Part shown: in pieces, positions 10,554 through 20,712 of the stretch
Layout of the letters: each line of letters begins with the position of its first letter
Position numbering within the stretch: position 1 is the first letter of the stretch
IMG/VR virus record: IMGVR_UViG_2825527155_000001
Length of the DNA stretch: 64,000 bases
Direction: 5' to 3' (one strand)
Origin: an uncultured virus (IMG/VR IMGVR_UViG_2825527155_000001)
Taxonomy: Duplodnaviria; Heunggongvirae; Uroviricota; Caudoviricetes
The notes under the pieces: model-generated
The model's database searches: none
What the model was told of the DNA's origin: nothing
The model's input: the letters and a program-made list of their open reading frames with translations, nothing else
Translations under genes and position numbers: made by a program

Positions 10554-10880
10554 ATGACCGACACAAATTACTTTGAAGAAAAATTGCGTTCAATGGCAAT
10601 TGAAAAATACACCAAAGAAAATAAGAAATTAATCGCCGCACAAATCAATGAGCAATCCCAGAAAGTACAACTTGCAGGGCTTGTATGTGGTAAGGATGCA
10701 ATTGCCCTTTCAGGCGTAACTTCCCCTATGTTCTATGCTGCAAAGCGTTTTAACCCAAAGGAATTTCCACAAGAAATTTACCATGAGACAGAGGGTTATA
10801 TCTGGTATCGAAAGCAAGACATTGTAGACTTTTTTGCAAAACATCCAGCAAGACGATATGGTAGTAAATATAATGGCTAA
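10554..10880 (+). CDS. AlpA/excisionase-like DNA-binding protein
   Basis: EFP...WYRKQDI.DF pattern; overlaps the primase start. Confidence 0.55.
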   Translation: MTDTNYFEEKLRSMAIEKYTKENKKLIAAQINEQSQKVQLAGLVCGKDAIALSGVTSPMFYAAKRFNPKEFPQEIYHETEGYIWYRKQDIVDFFAKHPARRYGSKYNG

Positions 10881-11871
10881 TTTCTTTACTGATTTAAATA
10901 ACTATATTAAACAAAATCCTATTGAATACATGCGTGATTTTGGTATTGAAATTCTGGAGAACAAGAGTCAACCATGCCCTATTTGTGGTGGGTCAGATAG
11001 ATTTAACTGGCGTAAAGCTGGTGACTATCCGCAGACAGGATATTGCCGAAAGGGATGTGGAATAAATGGCAGTAAGATATTACAGCCCCTTTATATAATA
11101 ACTCAAAAGACCAGCTTACCATATAAGGACATAGGCGCACGTATTGGATTTAATAAATCGGAAAAATGGACTAACCCGAATCATTTTTATATGCGCCCTA
11201 CGCCAAAACAGAAGAAACAGGAATTTAAACCTGCCGATTTAGATGATAAGAAACTTGAATTATTTACGCAAAGCATAAGCGAACACACGAAAAACGCCAC
11301 ATGGAAAGAATCACCTTACCTGCTAGCCAAAGGGATTAGAAAAATGATGTGGGTTGGCGGTCACGGTCAAACATTATTAGATTACTATCGCGCCGACAAT
11401 ACATTTTGCGCATTGCAACGACTGCCAGTAAGTGCCGATAAAACATTTATTAAAGATAGTCAATTGTCAGGAGCTTTTCACTGTGAGCGCAATCAGGATG
11501 GGAATATTGAAACAATATTTATTGGTGAAGGTTTTGGAACGGTTACGGCTTTTCAATACTCAATAAGTGAATTATATCCGGCATCATTATTTTTAACTGC
11601 CGGAAATAACAATAACTTACTGAACGTTGCCAAAGAAGCAAGAAGATATTACCCCAATGCTGATATATGCATTTTGACTGATAATGATAGTCATAAAGAT
11701 AGTACAGGCTTAAAAGCCACCGTAAAAACAATGTCGCAAGTAAATAAATGTTGGTGGGCTATGCCCGTAACTACTGGTGAGGATTGGTGTGATGTTTTTC
11801 AGCGCGGAAAAATTGCAGTGCGTGATGAGTTTCGAAGGGTTCTTACAGACCGCAAACCAACAATACAGTAA
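10873..11871 (+). CDS. DNA primase (Zn-binding + TOPRIM, P4 alpha/TraC-like)
   Basis: PCPICGGSDRF zinc motif; IGEGFGT and DND TOPRIM motifs; GEDWCD. Confidence 0.88.
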   Translation: MANFFTDLNNYIKQNPIEYMRDFGIEILENKSQPCPICGGSDRFNWRKAGDYPQTGYCRKGCGINGSKILQPLYIITQKTSLPYKDIGARIGFNKSEKWTNPNHFYMRPTPKQKKQEFKPADLDDKKLELFTQSISEHTKNATWKESPYLLAKGIRKMMWVGGHGQTLLDYYRADNTFCALQRLPVSADKTFIKDSQLSGAFHCERNQDGNIETIFIGEGFGTVTAFQYSISELYPASLFLTAGNNNNLLNVAKEARRYYPNADICILTDNDSHKDSTGLKATVKTMSQVNKCWWAMPVTTGEDWCDVFQRGKIAVRDEFRRVLTDRKPTIQ

Positions 11872-12322
11872 TAAATACAGATATTATAATTTTACTGATT
11901 TATTTTCTAAATTACACATTTATTGCTCGTTGCATGGGACTTATAAACGAATTGGTATATATCATATTTATGGTGATGAATGTCCGATTTGCCAGAACAA
12001 CAGGGAAAAAACTTATTTTAATTACATTATTCTTTGCGGAGGGATTATAAAGATCGGAAGGACAGCTAATGTTAATGCAAGATTAAGTGAACTGTCTTTC
12101 AGGCTAGGAATAGGATGTACGCTGTATTCACTATTTTCCTACCCTTCCAGACAAATAGCCTGCATTGCCGAAAAGAAAGCACATGAAATTTTAAAGCCTT
12201 ATCAAACATTACCTTTTAATTTAAAATTTGGCGGTTCATCAGAATTTTTTAATGTAGAACCATCAATAGCATTAAGCGCATTAGCATTTACAGGAGGGGA
12301 TATTATATATCAACATTATTAG
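11825..12322 (+). CDS. GIY-YIG/T5orf172-like nuclease with N-terminal Zn motif
   Basis: CSLHG...H...CPIC motif then IKIGRT..V..RL..L, E...H, GGSSEFF; start uncertain (11777 or 11825). Confidence 0.7.
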   Translation: MSFEGFLQTANQQYSNKYRYYNFTDLFSKLHIYCSLHGTYKRIGIYHIYGDECPICQNNREKTYFNYIILCGGIIKIGRTANVNARLSELSFRLGIGCTLYSLFSYPSRQIACIAEKKAHEILKPYQTLPFNLKFGGSSEFFNVEPSIALSALAFTGGDIIYQHY

Positions 12323-12354
12323 ATTAATGCCCCTTACGGGGCTGCGCTTCGCGC

Positions 12355-12438
12355 TGGTGAGGTAGAGAAAAAGCGGGTTCAAAACCAACCTTCTTTTTAC
12401 CCCACCAGCTCCGCAGGGGCGTGAGCGAAGCGAACAAT
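12355..12438 (-). repeat. Satellite repeat copy 3 (inverted)
   Basis: Reverse complement matches 5318-5401 with few mismatches. Confidence 0.9.
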
Positions 12439-12439
12439 A

Positions 12440-13792
12440 TTACTTCAACAATGCCAAGTTAATTTTATTAATAACTAAAAATAAATGTTCTATATCGTCT
12501 AAGTTTTTATTTTTAGCCAGATAAATTTTACGCCCCGTATCTTTAAAGGCGTGACCTGTTATCTGGTCAATATGTGTTGTATTTATATTTTCATATTTGC
12601 TTGCGCGTGTTTCGAATGAATGGCGGAAAGAGTGAAACGTTAAATTATCTTCTAACGCTTCTGGGATAATCTTTTTTATGGTTTTATTTACTTCTTTACC
12701 AAGTGTATCCTTAGTGAAATACTTGTAATCTTCATTCCTGCAAGTACGAAACAACGATAAATCTAACTTAAACCACTTAGGGAAATCACCAAGCGGAATA
12801 AGGCGTTCACTTGCTGAATTTTTTACCGCACCATGAATATAAATACCTTTGGGTGCGCCATTTGCATCACATAAAAAATCTTCCTTAGCTAAATCTTGTA
12901 GTTCAGCTATACGCGCTCCTGTAAACATACCTAATACAATTAGTTGTTGAACCAGACTTTCACCATCATCACCATAAGTCCTTCTCTTACTGTTGTTGCA
13001 ACTAAATCCCGCATGAATTAAATCAAGGATTCTATGACACTGTTCATTCGTGAAAGTCCCTCTCTTGTCATTATCTGAACGTTTATCTTTAAATTTAATA
13101 TCTATTGCTCTATTCTCATTTATTATCCCTTTTACTTGCAGCCATTTAAAAAACGCAATTATTTTACTAAGTCTAAGATTTACCGTTGCTTTTAATGTAT
13201 CTTCACTTTTACTTTTCCCTGCTTTTAATTTATCCTTGAAATATGTTTCTCGCATTTCAATAAAATCACCATGCGTCATTGAAGCTAAGTTTTTATCTAT
13301 TAAATAAAATGATAATTCATTATAAGTTGTTTGATTTGTTTCTTCCGTACCTTTTGTCCATTCACCAGAGCTAATTTTTTCTTTTTGATATTTAGGAAAC
13401 CAGTCCTTAAAAAATATCGCGTTATCTGTTTTCGCTTGATTAATAACGATAGTTTGCAATAAATCCCGCATGGTTATTTCTTCAGATTTTTCACAATCAA
13501 TAAGACTGAATATTAATTGTTTAATCTTGAATCGATATTCAGATATACTTTCTGCTTTTAGTTGTCGTTGCAAATTAAAACCAATTTTTACCATTTTTAA
13601 CATTTTTTGAGCGGTCATTAAATCTGTACATCTTTTCAACGAAACTATCACATCACTGTATTTTTTAGAGTGAATTTTCAGAATTTGCGAAGGAAGTTGT
13701 ACCCTGACGCTGTAAGTGTTTCCACGGCGTTTAAGTGATGGATTTGGAAGGGGAAATTTAGGTACAATTTTAGGTACATCGTTTTTCCGCAT
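12440..13792 (-). CDS. Tyrosine recombinase / integrase
   Basis: TGARIAE (R), VKN (K), FHSFRH (HxxR), ITGH and Y catalytic pattern. Confidence 0.93.
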   Translation of the reverse strand: MRKNDVPKIVPKFPLPNPSLKRRGNTYSVRVQLPSQILKIHSKKYSDVIVSLKRCTDLMTAQKMLKMVKIGFNLQRQLKAESISEYRFKIKQLIFSLIDCEKSEEITMRDLLQTIVINQAKTDNAIFFKDWFPKYQKEKISSGEWTKGTEETNQTTYNELSFYLIDKNLASMTHGDFIEMRETYFKDKLKAGKSKSEDTLKATVNLRLSKIIAFFKWLQVKGIINENRAIDIKFKDKRSDNDKRGTFTNEQCHRILDLIHAGFSCNNSKRRTYGDDGESLVQQLIVLGMFTGARIAELQDLAKEDFLCDANGAPKGIYIHGAVKNSASERLIPLGDFPKWFKLDLSLFRTCRNEDYKYFTKDTLGKEVNKTIKKIIPEALEDNLTFHSFRHSFETRASKYENINTTHIDQITGHAFKDTGRKIYLAKNKNLDDIEHLFLVINKINLALLK

Positions 13793-13898
13793 CTTTTCGC
13801 AGCCCTTTGATTTTTAATCTTTTTGACTGCACCCATTGCATACCGACGTAATTCACGGAAGAATGCGCACGACGGTTTATTAAACACAGTGGATTGAT

Positions 13899-14912
13899 AT
13901 GAAGGTACTGGTTACCGGCGCCACCAGCGGCTTAGGTCGAAACGCGGTTGAATTTTTGCGCAATAAAGGCATCAGCGTCAGAGCGACGGGTCGCAATGAA
14001 GCGATGGGCAAGCTGCTTGAAAAAATGGGCGCGGAGTTCGTCCATGCGGATTTAACCGAACTGGTCTCCTCGCAGGCTAAAGTGATGCTCGCCGGGATCG
14101 ACACGTTGTGGCACTGCTCCAGCTTTACCTCGCCCTGGGGAACCCAACAAGCTTTCGATCTGGCGAATGTTCGCGCCACCCGCCGCCTGGGAGAATGGGC
14201 GGTCGCCTGGGGCGTGCGCAATTTTATTCATATCTCCTCTCCCTCACTCTATTTTGATTACCACCATCACCGTGATATCAAAGAAGATTTCCGTCCGCAT
14301 CGGTTTGCCAATGAGTTCGCCCGCAGTAAAGCCGCCGGTGAAGAGGTGATTAATCTGCTGGCGCAGGCTAATCCGCAAACACGTTTTACGGTGTTGCGTC
14401 CGCAAAGCCTGTTTGGCCCGCACGATAAAGTATTTATCCCACGTCTGGCGCATATGATGCACCATTACGGTAGCGTCTTATTACCGCACGGGGGCAGCGC
14501 GCTGGTCGATATGACCTACTATGAAAATGCGATCCACGCCATGTGGCTGGCCAGCCAGCCGGGCTGCGATCATCTGCCTTCTGGCCGCGCTTATAACATC
14601 ACTAACGGCGAAAACCGCACCTTACGCAGCATCGTACAAAAGTTAATAGATGAACTGACTATCGACTGCCGCATTCGCTCTGTGCCTTACCCGATGCTGG
14701 ATATGATCGCCCGCAGTATGGAGCGCTTCGGCAAAAAATCCGCCAAAGAGCCCCCGCTAACGCATTACGGCGTGTCAAAACTGAATTTTGATTTTACGCT
14801 CGATACGACTCGCGCGCAGGAAGAGCTGGGCTACCAGCCCATCGTCACGCTGGACGAAGGCATTGAACGCACCGCCGCCTGGCTACGCGATCACGGAAAT
14901 TTACCGCGTTAA
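13899..14912 (+). CDS. ybjS: NAD(P)-dependent oxidoreductase/epimerase YbjS
   Basis: [11 protein letters not shown]ossmann motif; synteny with amiD and ybjQ. Confidence 0.9.
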   Translation: MKVLVTGATSGLGRNAVEFLRNKGISVRATGRNEAMGKLLEKMGAEFVHADLTELVSSQAKVMLAGIDTLWHCSSFTSPWGTQQAFDLANVRATRRLGEWAVAWGVRNFIHISSPSLYFDYHHHRDIKEDFRPHRFANEFARSKAAGEEVINLLAQANPQTRFTVLRPQSLFGPHDKVFIPRLAHMMHHYGSVLLPHGGSALVDMTYYENAIHAMWLASQPGCDHLPSGRAYNITNGENRTLRSIVQKLIDELTIDCRIRSVPYPMLDMIARSMERFGKKSAKEPPLTHYGVSKLNFDFTLDTTRAQEELGYQPIVTLDEGIERTAAWLRDHGNLPR

Positions 14913-15739
14913 TCCTGGCCGTACTTCTCCAGTAATGCTTCGGCAATCGCCTGCGTTTCGGCATCTGCGATACCGTTCCATTGCGCCGGACGGAAGTGCA
15001 TCTGGAACGCCATAATCACCCGCTGCTGCTCGCGTGTCGTCATATCGGCTTTGACTTCATAACCATAGCGCGAGAGTAACGCAAGCACCGTTGCGGTATC
15101 GACTGGCGTATACGGCGCGCGTCCAGCCAGATAAAACGCCACACGCTGGGCGTCAGGCCAGGCGCCAATCCCCTGCGCCGCCAGCTCGCGCCACGGGAAG
15201 CGCGGGCCGGGATCGTCTTTACGCTGCGGCGCGATATCCGCATGGGCCACCACATTCTGCGGTTTGATGTCATAGCGCGCGATAATGTCCTTCGCTAACG
15301 GAATCAATGCCTGAATTTGCGCGGATTCAAACGGCGCGAAAGATTTCACCCCGCCGGACATTCGCCAGCCGCGATTTTCCAGCTCAATGCCAATAGACGT
15401 ATCATTGAGACGCGTGGCGCCTCGCCAGAAACTGGCGCCCGCATGCCAGGCCTGATCCTGTTCCGGCACCAGTTGCCAGATGCGCGGTTTACCGCCATAT
15501 AATGGCGGGGTTGCGGGAATCAGGTAATGCGAACTGACGTTGCGACCCGTTAACGTCGCCAGCGAAACGTCAAAGTTTTCCGCCGTATAGTGAATCACCA
15601 GAACTTTAATGCGCGGATAGGCCGCCTGCGCCCGATGTCGGGTATCAAGCTGATATCCCTCTTTATCGATAATTCCTTTTTCGCTCGCGCAGCCTGTTAA
15701 CAGCAACGCGAGACCCACCAGCCACAGTAGCGCTCTCAT
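14909..15739 (-). CDS. amiD: N-acetylmuramoyl-L-alanine amidase lipoprotein AmiD
   Basis: Lipobox [31 protein letters not shown] amidase motifs. Confidence 0.93.
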
Positions 15740-16059
15740 CGGCGCGTTTTCACCGCCGTTCCGCTGACGCTGACCATCAGCATACTGCCATCCTTGCCGA
15801 CAGTTTCGTAATCAATATCGATGCCTACCACCGCATCGGCGCCCAACGCTTTAGCCTGCTCGCCAAGTTCCTGGAAAGCGATTTCACGCGCTTTACGCAG
15901 CTCTTTCTCATACGCGCCGGAACGTCCGCCGACGATATCCCGAATGCCGGCGAAAAAATCGCGGAAAATATTGGCGCCTAAAATGGCTTCGCCCGTCACC
16001 ACACCGCAATACTCCACGATGCTTTGTCCTTCCAGCGTTGGGGTTGTTGAAAACTGCAT
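15736..16059 (-). CDS. ybjQ: UPF0145 heavy-metal-binding domain protein YbjQ
   Basis: [29 protein letters not shown] signature. Confidence 0.93.
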
Positions 16060-16252
16060 AGTGAATCTCCCGGGTTAGCTAAGCACACGATCTCAAACGC
16101 ATTATCAAGCTGATACGCTATCATTGAAAGGACGTGATTGTATAATTTTCAAAATCACTAAAGATCGTCCAAGAGCACATGATTTTTCAGTGAGTTACAA
16201 AGGTTTCATTTCGGTACTATATAAACTTTACCGAATTTTATACGTTCTTTTT

Positions 16253-16290
16253 TGCCCCCAAAACCCCCTTTTTGCCCCACTGGTGCCCCA
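16253..16290. repeat. Three TGCCCC(C)A direct repeats, probable integrase arm-type sites
   Basis: Repeats at 16253, 16273 and 16284 near the prophage edge. Confidence 0.5.
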
Positions 16291-16342
16291 GACATTTCTC
16301 TTTTTTACATTGACACGGTGTAAATAACCAGATAGAAAATAA

Positions 16343-16358
16343 CTGTGTATACACCCAG
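16343..16358 (+). promoter_or_regulatory. LexA (SOS) box
   Basis: CTGTGTATACACCCAG = CTG-N10-CAG, directly upstream of a dinI-family gene. Confidence 0.75.
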
Positions 16359-16373
16359 CAAAAGGAATGCCTT

Positions 16374-16590
16374 ATGTTTGTGGAACTCGTTTACGACAAA
16401 CGCAATGTAGGGGGGTTACCCGCCGCAAAAAACATCATTCTTAACGAGCTGACTAGGCGTGTACACTGGATCTTTCCCGATGCAGGCTAACGCCTTAAAC
16501 GGCAATTACACTAAAACAGAGAAAAAGCGGCTAAACCGCATGCTGGAGGAAATGTCTGAAGAGGCTGATATGTGGCTAACTTCAGATTAA
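16374..16590 (+). pseudogene. DinI/MsgA-like protein, frameshifted by an internal deletion
   Basis: MFVELVYDKRNV...IILNELTRRVH.IFPDA then stop; C-terminal MQANALN...MLEEMSEEADMWL is in another frame. Confidence 0.8.
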
Positions 16591-16752
16591 GCGCTTTGAA
16601 ACTTCATATTATGCTAATACATTTCTTAATAGCCCAGATTTTAGTAAAATCTCAAACCAGTCGCAGCGCGCTCCTGCATACGGCGCGCTGCGGCTCTATA
16701 AATAGACCACTCACACCATTTTCACATCCAGCAAACAACCAGTATCAGCATA

Positions 16753-16840
16753 TTGACATTCACACAAAACCGTTGCCAGAGTACCCAAGCTAGTTATGAC
16801 AATGGCCAATATTCATACCGTTAGCATTTATTGTGACAAG
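16753..16840 (+). repeat. Array promoter unit (TTGACA-N10-ACCGTT-N2-CAGAGT), direct repeat of 18517-18600
   Basis: First 32 bp identical to 18517-18548; similarity continues about 50 bp further. Confidence 0.85.
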
Positions 16841-17012
16841 ATTTCCTCACAGTTTGGGAAACTTTTACAGTGAGAACGAAGATAGTTGTAGTTGGATTGC
16901 AGTTTCGTTATTATTTAATAAGTATTCATTTAAAAGCCTAATCTAAATCAAATTTTCTTATAAACATATTAATAAAATTAGTTAACGAAAGAAATCAGTA
17001 AAATTTCATATC

Positions 17013-18325
17013 ATGAGAAAACCAAGTTCCATATCAACAATCGCCTTTTTATTATTCATATTATTTGTTACGTTATTCATTGTTCTTCCTGATAAGAATC
17101 ATACATTTATAAAGCTTACCCCTAGTGTAAATCATCAAATTTTACTCGTCGCCTTATTTTTCATAAATATAATTATATCCATCTTCATGTTTATGTCATT
17201 CATCATAAATAAAAAAGATAATTCTGTCTTTCTTCTCGGCCTGTCATTTTTTAGTGGGTTAGTCTACTTCACTGAAACAATTTTCATTATACAAAAAACC
17301 GCAAATGAATTTACTGAAATACAAACAAACTCAGAGCGAATCGCTGTCTTCTATTTTTTCAGACAATTAAATTTTGTGCTATTATTATCCCTTGCTGTAT
17401 ATATATCAAATAACAAGCCTGATTTAAAAAACGCTTTCAAGGATAACATTACCCTTATTTTAGGTATAGTAACAACTATCAGCCTACCTTTAATCACATA
17501 TTATGTATGCAACTCTCAATATTATTTATTTCTCAAAAATAACTTTCTGATTAAAAACGAATTGGAATGGGAAATTGTATGTATAAAATCAGTCATTGCA
17601 TTATGGTCACTGCTGCTTTTATCTGTTACATTAAGAAAAGTAAAATTAGAACATAAGTTTTATACTTATATCTCTTTATTATGTCTCACCAGTATCTTAT
17701 GTAATATCATTTTACTTACATTTAATGAGGCTAAATATCCTGTATGGTTCATTAGTCGAGGGATAGAGGTAATGATGAAATTATTCATAGTTTCATTGAT
17801 GATGTTTGAAAGCCTTAAAAACCTAAGACATTCTAATATAATGGCTTTTAATGATGAACTAACAAACCTACATAACAGACGATACTTTTTCAAAGAATAT
17901 CATTCTTTACTTGAAGATAATAATATAAAACAAATATGCATAATTATTATCGATATTGATCATTTTAAAAAATAAATGACACCTGGGGACATAAAACAGG
18001 TGATATTGTTATTAAAAACACAGCCAACATCATAAAGGAGAATATTCGCCCTGACGATATTCTTGCTCGCTTAGGTGGTGAAGAGTTCATTATATTATTA
18101 TACAATTTGAATATTAGTGCAGCCAGAAAAATTGCAGAACGAATTAGGGAAAATGTTGAAGCCTCTGTAAATAATACAATTACAGTTCCAATAACCGTTA
18201 GTGTTGGTCTTTGTTTGTTACCAAAACTGGATTGTTTTCAGCTAGATATAATCTCCTTAGCAGATCAAGCTTTATACAAAGCCAAAAATTCCGGGCGAAA
18301 CCAAATATGTGTTTATCAGAAATAA
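17013..18325 (+). pseudogene. Membrane diguanylate cyclase (MASE4-like + GGDEF), frameshifted at an A6 run
   Basis: Multi-TM N-terminus; DELTNLHNRR, DIDHFKK then a -1 shift at 17967-17972 restores INDTWGH...RPDD...RLGGEEF...ADQALYKAKNSGRN. Confidence 0.85.
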
Positions 18326-18362
18326 TGGTATAAAAATTCACCCCCATAAAATTTTTCTTCTA

Positions 18363-18752
18363 TTGACATCTTACAGTTACCGTTATCAGTATCACCTGCG
18401 TCGGGTTCTCCATCATCCTGACGACACGGTGCAGTCCGGGATGCATTAATCCGCATCTGGCATAGGGTCCGGACTGCACCATCCTCGCAGTGGCATGCCC
18501 CCTTACAACCTCCCGTTTGACATTCACACAAAACCGTTGCCAGAGTACAGAAACTGGCTTTGGCTATGGTCAGCATTCATTTCGTTAGCGTTTGTTGTGT
18601 TGAAACTAAAAATCCCCGTTCCGCTCAGTCCGGGGATTTTTTTGCCTGCCATTGACACAAGGTGTTTACCGTTAGCAGTATTTTTCTGTTAGGTTGGTCA
18701 TGACACAATCCAGTTTCATTCGATATTAATTGATTTGCATCATCCTAACCTG
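18363..18752 (+). ncRNA. Promoter/hairpin array block 1 (promoters at 18363, 18517, 18652; hairpins H1, H2; terminator 18608-18643)
   Basis: Repeated motifs shared with the 20090 and 23270 blocks; RNA status inferred from stem covariation. Confidence 0.6.
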
Positions 18753-18797
18753 GTAGTCATGGCTCTGTTCTCAACCCACTGACATAAAGAAACTAAA

Positions 18798-20069
18798 ATG
18801 AATGATTCCATTTATAAAAAAATAAGATGGCAAATTATTGTAACCACGTTTTTAACATACACAGTAATGTATATATCCAGAAAGGCCTTTGCTGCCGCAG
18901 CCCCACTTTTAATGCATGATGTTGGGATGACTGCTGTGCAATTTGGGACAGCATCATCTATTTATTACATACTTTATGGCGTATCAAAATTTGGTTCTGG
19001 ATTACTGGCTGACAGAATTAATCCTCGGGTATTTTTGGCTCCGGTATTATTGGTCATTGCGATGATCAATGTTGGCATCGGTATGTGCAATAACGTTACT
19101 ATCCTGCTAACATTATATTGCTTTACTGCAATTGCTCAAGGATGTGGTTTCCCTCCCATAGCCAAGGCAATCAGCCAGTGGTACTCAAAATCAGAAAGAG
19201 GGGGATGGTATTCATTATGGAACACTTCGCACAATGTTGGCGGCGCGCTTGCACCGCTCATCGCATCAGCCGTTATTACTTATACTGGTAACTGGAGATA
19301 TGCTTTTTTCGTTCCAGCATTTATTACATTAGTACAAGCCATCATTTCCGCCATTTTCATGCGCGATAAACCAGAAAAATACGGGCTACCTAATGTTGGC
19401 GTTTGGAAAAATGACAAAAAACAGCTTGAGCTAAATAAACGTTCCGAAGCCGGACTTACCATTTGGAAAATGTTTTGCACTTATATTTTAAATAACCCAA
19501 TAATCTGGATAGCAATCTGTGGAGATTTATGTATATATGTTATTCGAACAGTAACCGATGACTGGGTAAGTGTCTACTTTGTAAAAGCATTGGGCTGGGA
19601 TTTAATTAAATCAAACTCACTTGTTGCATGGTTTGAAGTTGGGGGGATTTTAGGTGGATTAACATCAGGAATAATATCTGATAAGTTTTTTCATGCTGAC
19701 AGATGGGTAACCATTTTGATTTATACTATAGTTTTATTGCTTGGAATGGGAAGTGTAATTTTAACAATTAATATTCATTATTACTTGGTCGCTATATCTT
19801 TTTTTATTATTGGTGCCGGAATTTATGCCCCCCAGATGTTATTTGCATTAGGCGTCATTGAAGCATCACACACTGATGGGGCCGGTGCTGCAACAGGACT
19901 GAAAGGTGGTGTAACTTACGTTGGAGCAGCACTCGCTGGGGCACCTATCGCTATGATCCAAAAATATTACTCATGGGATGGTGTTTTTGGACTACTCGGG
20001 ATAATCGCAGTAATATTGATTATACTGACTGCTAGCCTCATTCTTATAGAAAAAAGAATCCGGAATTGA
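18798..20069 (+). CDS. MFS transporter, UhpC/GlpT/PgtP organophosphate family
   Basis: YISRK, ERGGWYSLWNTSHNVGG, RDKPEKYGLP motifs; about 12 TM segments. Confidence 0.88.
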   Translation: MNDSIYKKIRWQIIVTTFLTYTVMYISRKAFAAAAPLLMHDVGMTAVQFGTASSIYYILYGVSKFGSGLLADRINPRVFLAPVLLVIAMINVGIGMCNNVTILLTLYCFTAIAQGCGFPPIAKAISQWYSKSERGGWYSLWNTSHNVGGALAPLIASAVITYTGNWRYAFFVPAFITLVQAIISAIFMRDKPEKYGLPNVGVWKNDKKQLELNKRSEAGLTIWKMFCTYILNNPIIWIAICGDLCIYVIRTVTDDWVSVYFVKALGWDLIKSNSLVAWFEVGGILGGLTSGIISDKFFHADRWVTILIYTIVLLLGMGSVILTINIHYYLVAISFFIIGAGIYAPQMLFALGVIEASHTDGAGAATGLKGGVTYVGAALAGAPIAMIQKYYSWDGVFGLLGIIAVILIILTASLILIEKRIRN

Positions 20070-20089
20070 TCTCATTTTTTCGCTAGGCA

Positions 20090-20690
20090 TTGACATCTTA
20101 CAGTTACCGTTATCAAAATCAGTTGCGTCAGGTTTTCCATCAGCTTGGCATGGTGCAGTCCGGGGATGCATTAATCCGCATATGGCATAGGGTCCGGACT
20201 GCACCAACTCTATGGTGGTGTTTCTGTCCTTTATCATCCTCTGTGATAGTGGTACTGGCGCTCCGGGTACAGAAATACCACCACCCTCCCTGTTGGTTTA
20301 GTGGTCCGACTGAATGCGGATTTCCTCGTTGTCATGCTGAAGTATTAATGTTCCTTTGCTGTATATTTTTACGTTGTTTCCGCCACTGGTTGGCGGTTTT
20401 TTTTACCCGTCATTGACACCAGGTATTTACCGTTGGCAGTATTCGTTGTGTCAGGTTCATATGCTATGTCCTGGCATGATGCAGTCCAATGGCGCAGGGA
20501 TTTGAACCAGGGATGGACGGACTGCATCACCACCAATGATGGTGTTTCTGTCTTTATCATCCTCTGTGATAGTGGTGTAAGTGCTCCGGGTACAGAAACA
20601 TCACTGGCCTAACTGTTTTAATGGTGCCGATTGATTGCAAGAAATTTTTGTTGTCAAAATAACTAGTCGCTGAATTAACATTCCTTTGTC
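20090..20690 (+). ncRNA. Promoter/hairpin array block 2 (H1-H2-H3, terminator-ended unit, H1-H2-H3, degenerate promoter)
   Basis: Promoter motifs at 20090, 20413 and 20631; hairpins 20152-20205, 20213-20283, 20477-20529, 20540-20603; terminator 20380-20404. Confidence 0.65.
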
Positions 20691-20712
20691 AATACTGCTT
20701 ATGGTTTATAAA

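Larger units (their letters stand above)
1..13830. mobile_element. Integrative phage-satellite-like element (PICI/P4-like gene content); left end outside window
   Basis: Low GC relative to ybjS-ybjQ; tyrosine integrase at the right end; primase, P-loop replication protein, AlpA-like genes, C4-type RNA; no capsid or terminase in view; right boundary approximate. Confidence 0.8.

Noticed and set aside
18316..20560. Short ORFs in the array (18316-18576, 18495-18692, 19992-20237, 20090-20416, 20369-20560)
   Set aside because: Their mutual similarity comes from the nucleotide repeats; indels between copies break frames and no well-spaced RBS is present
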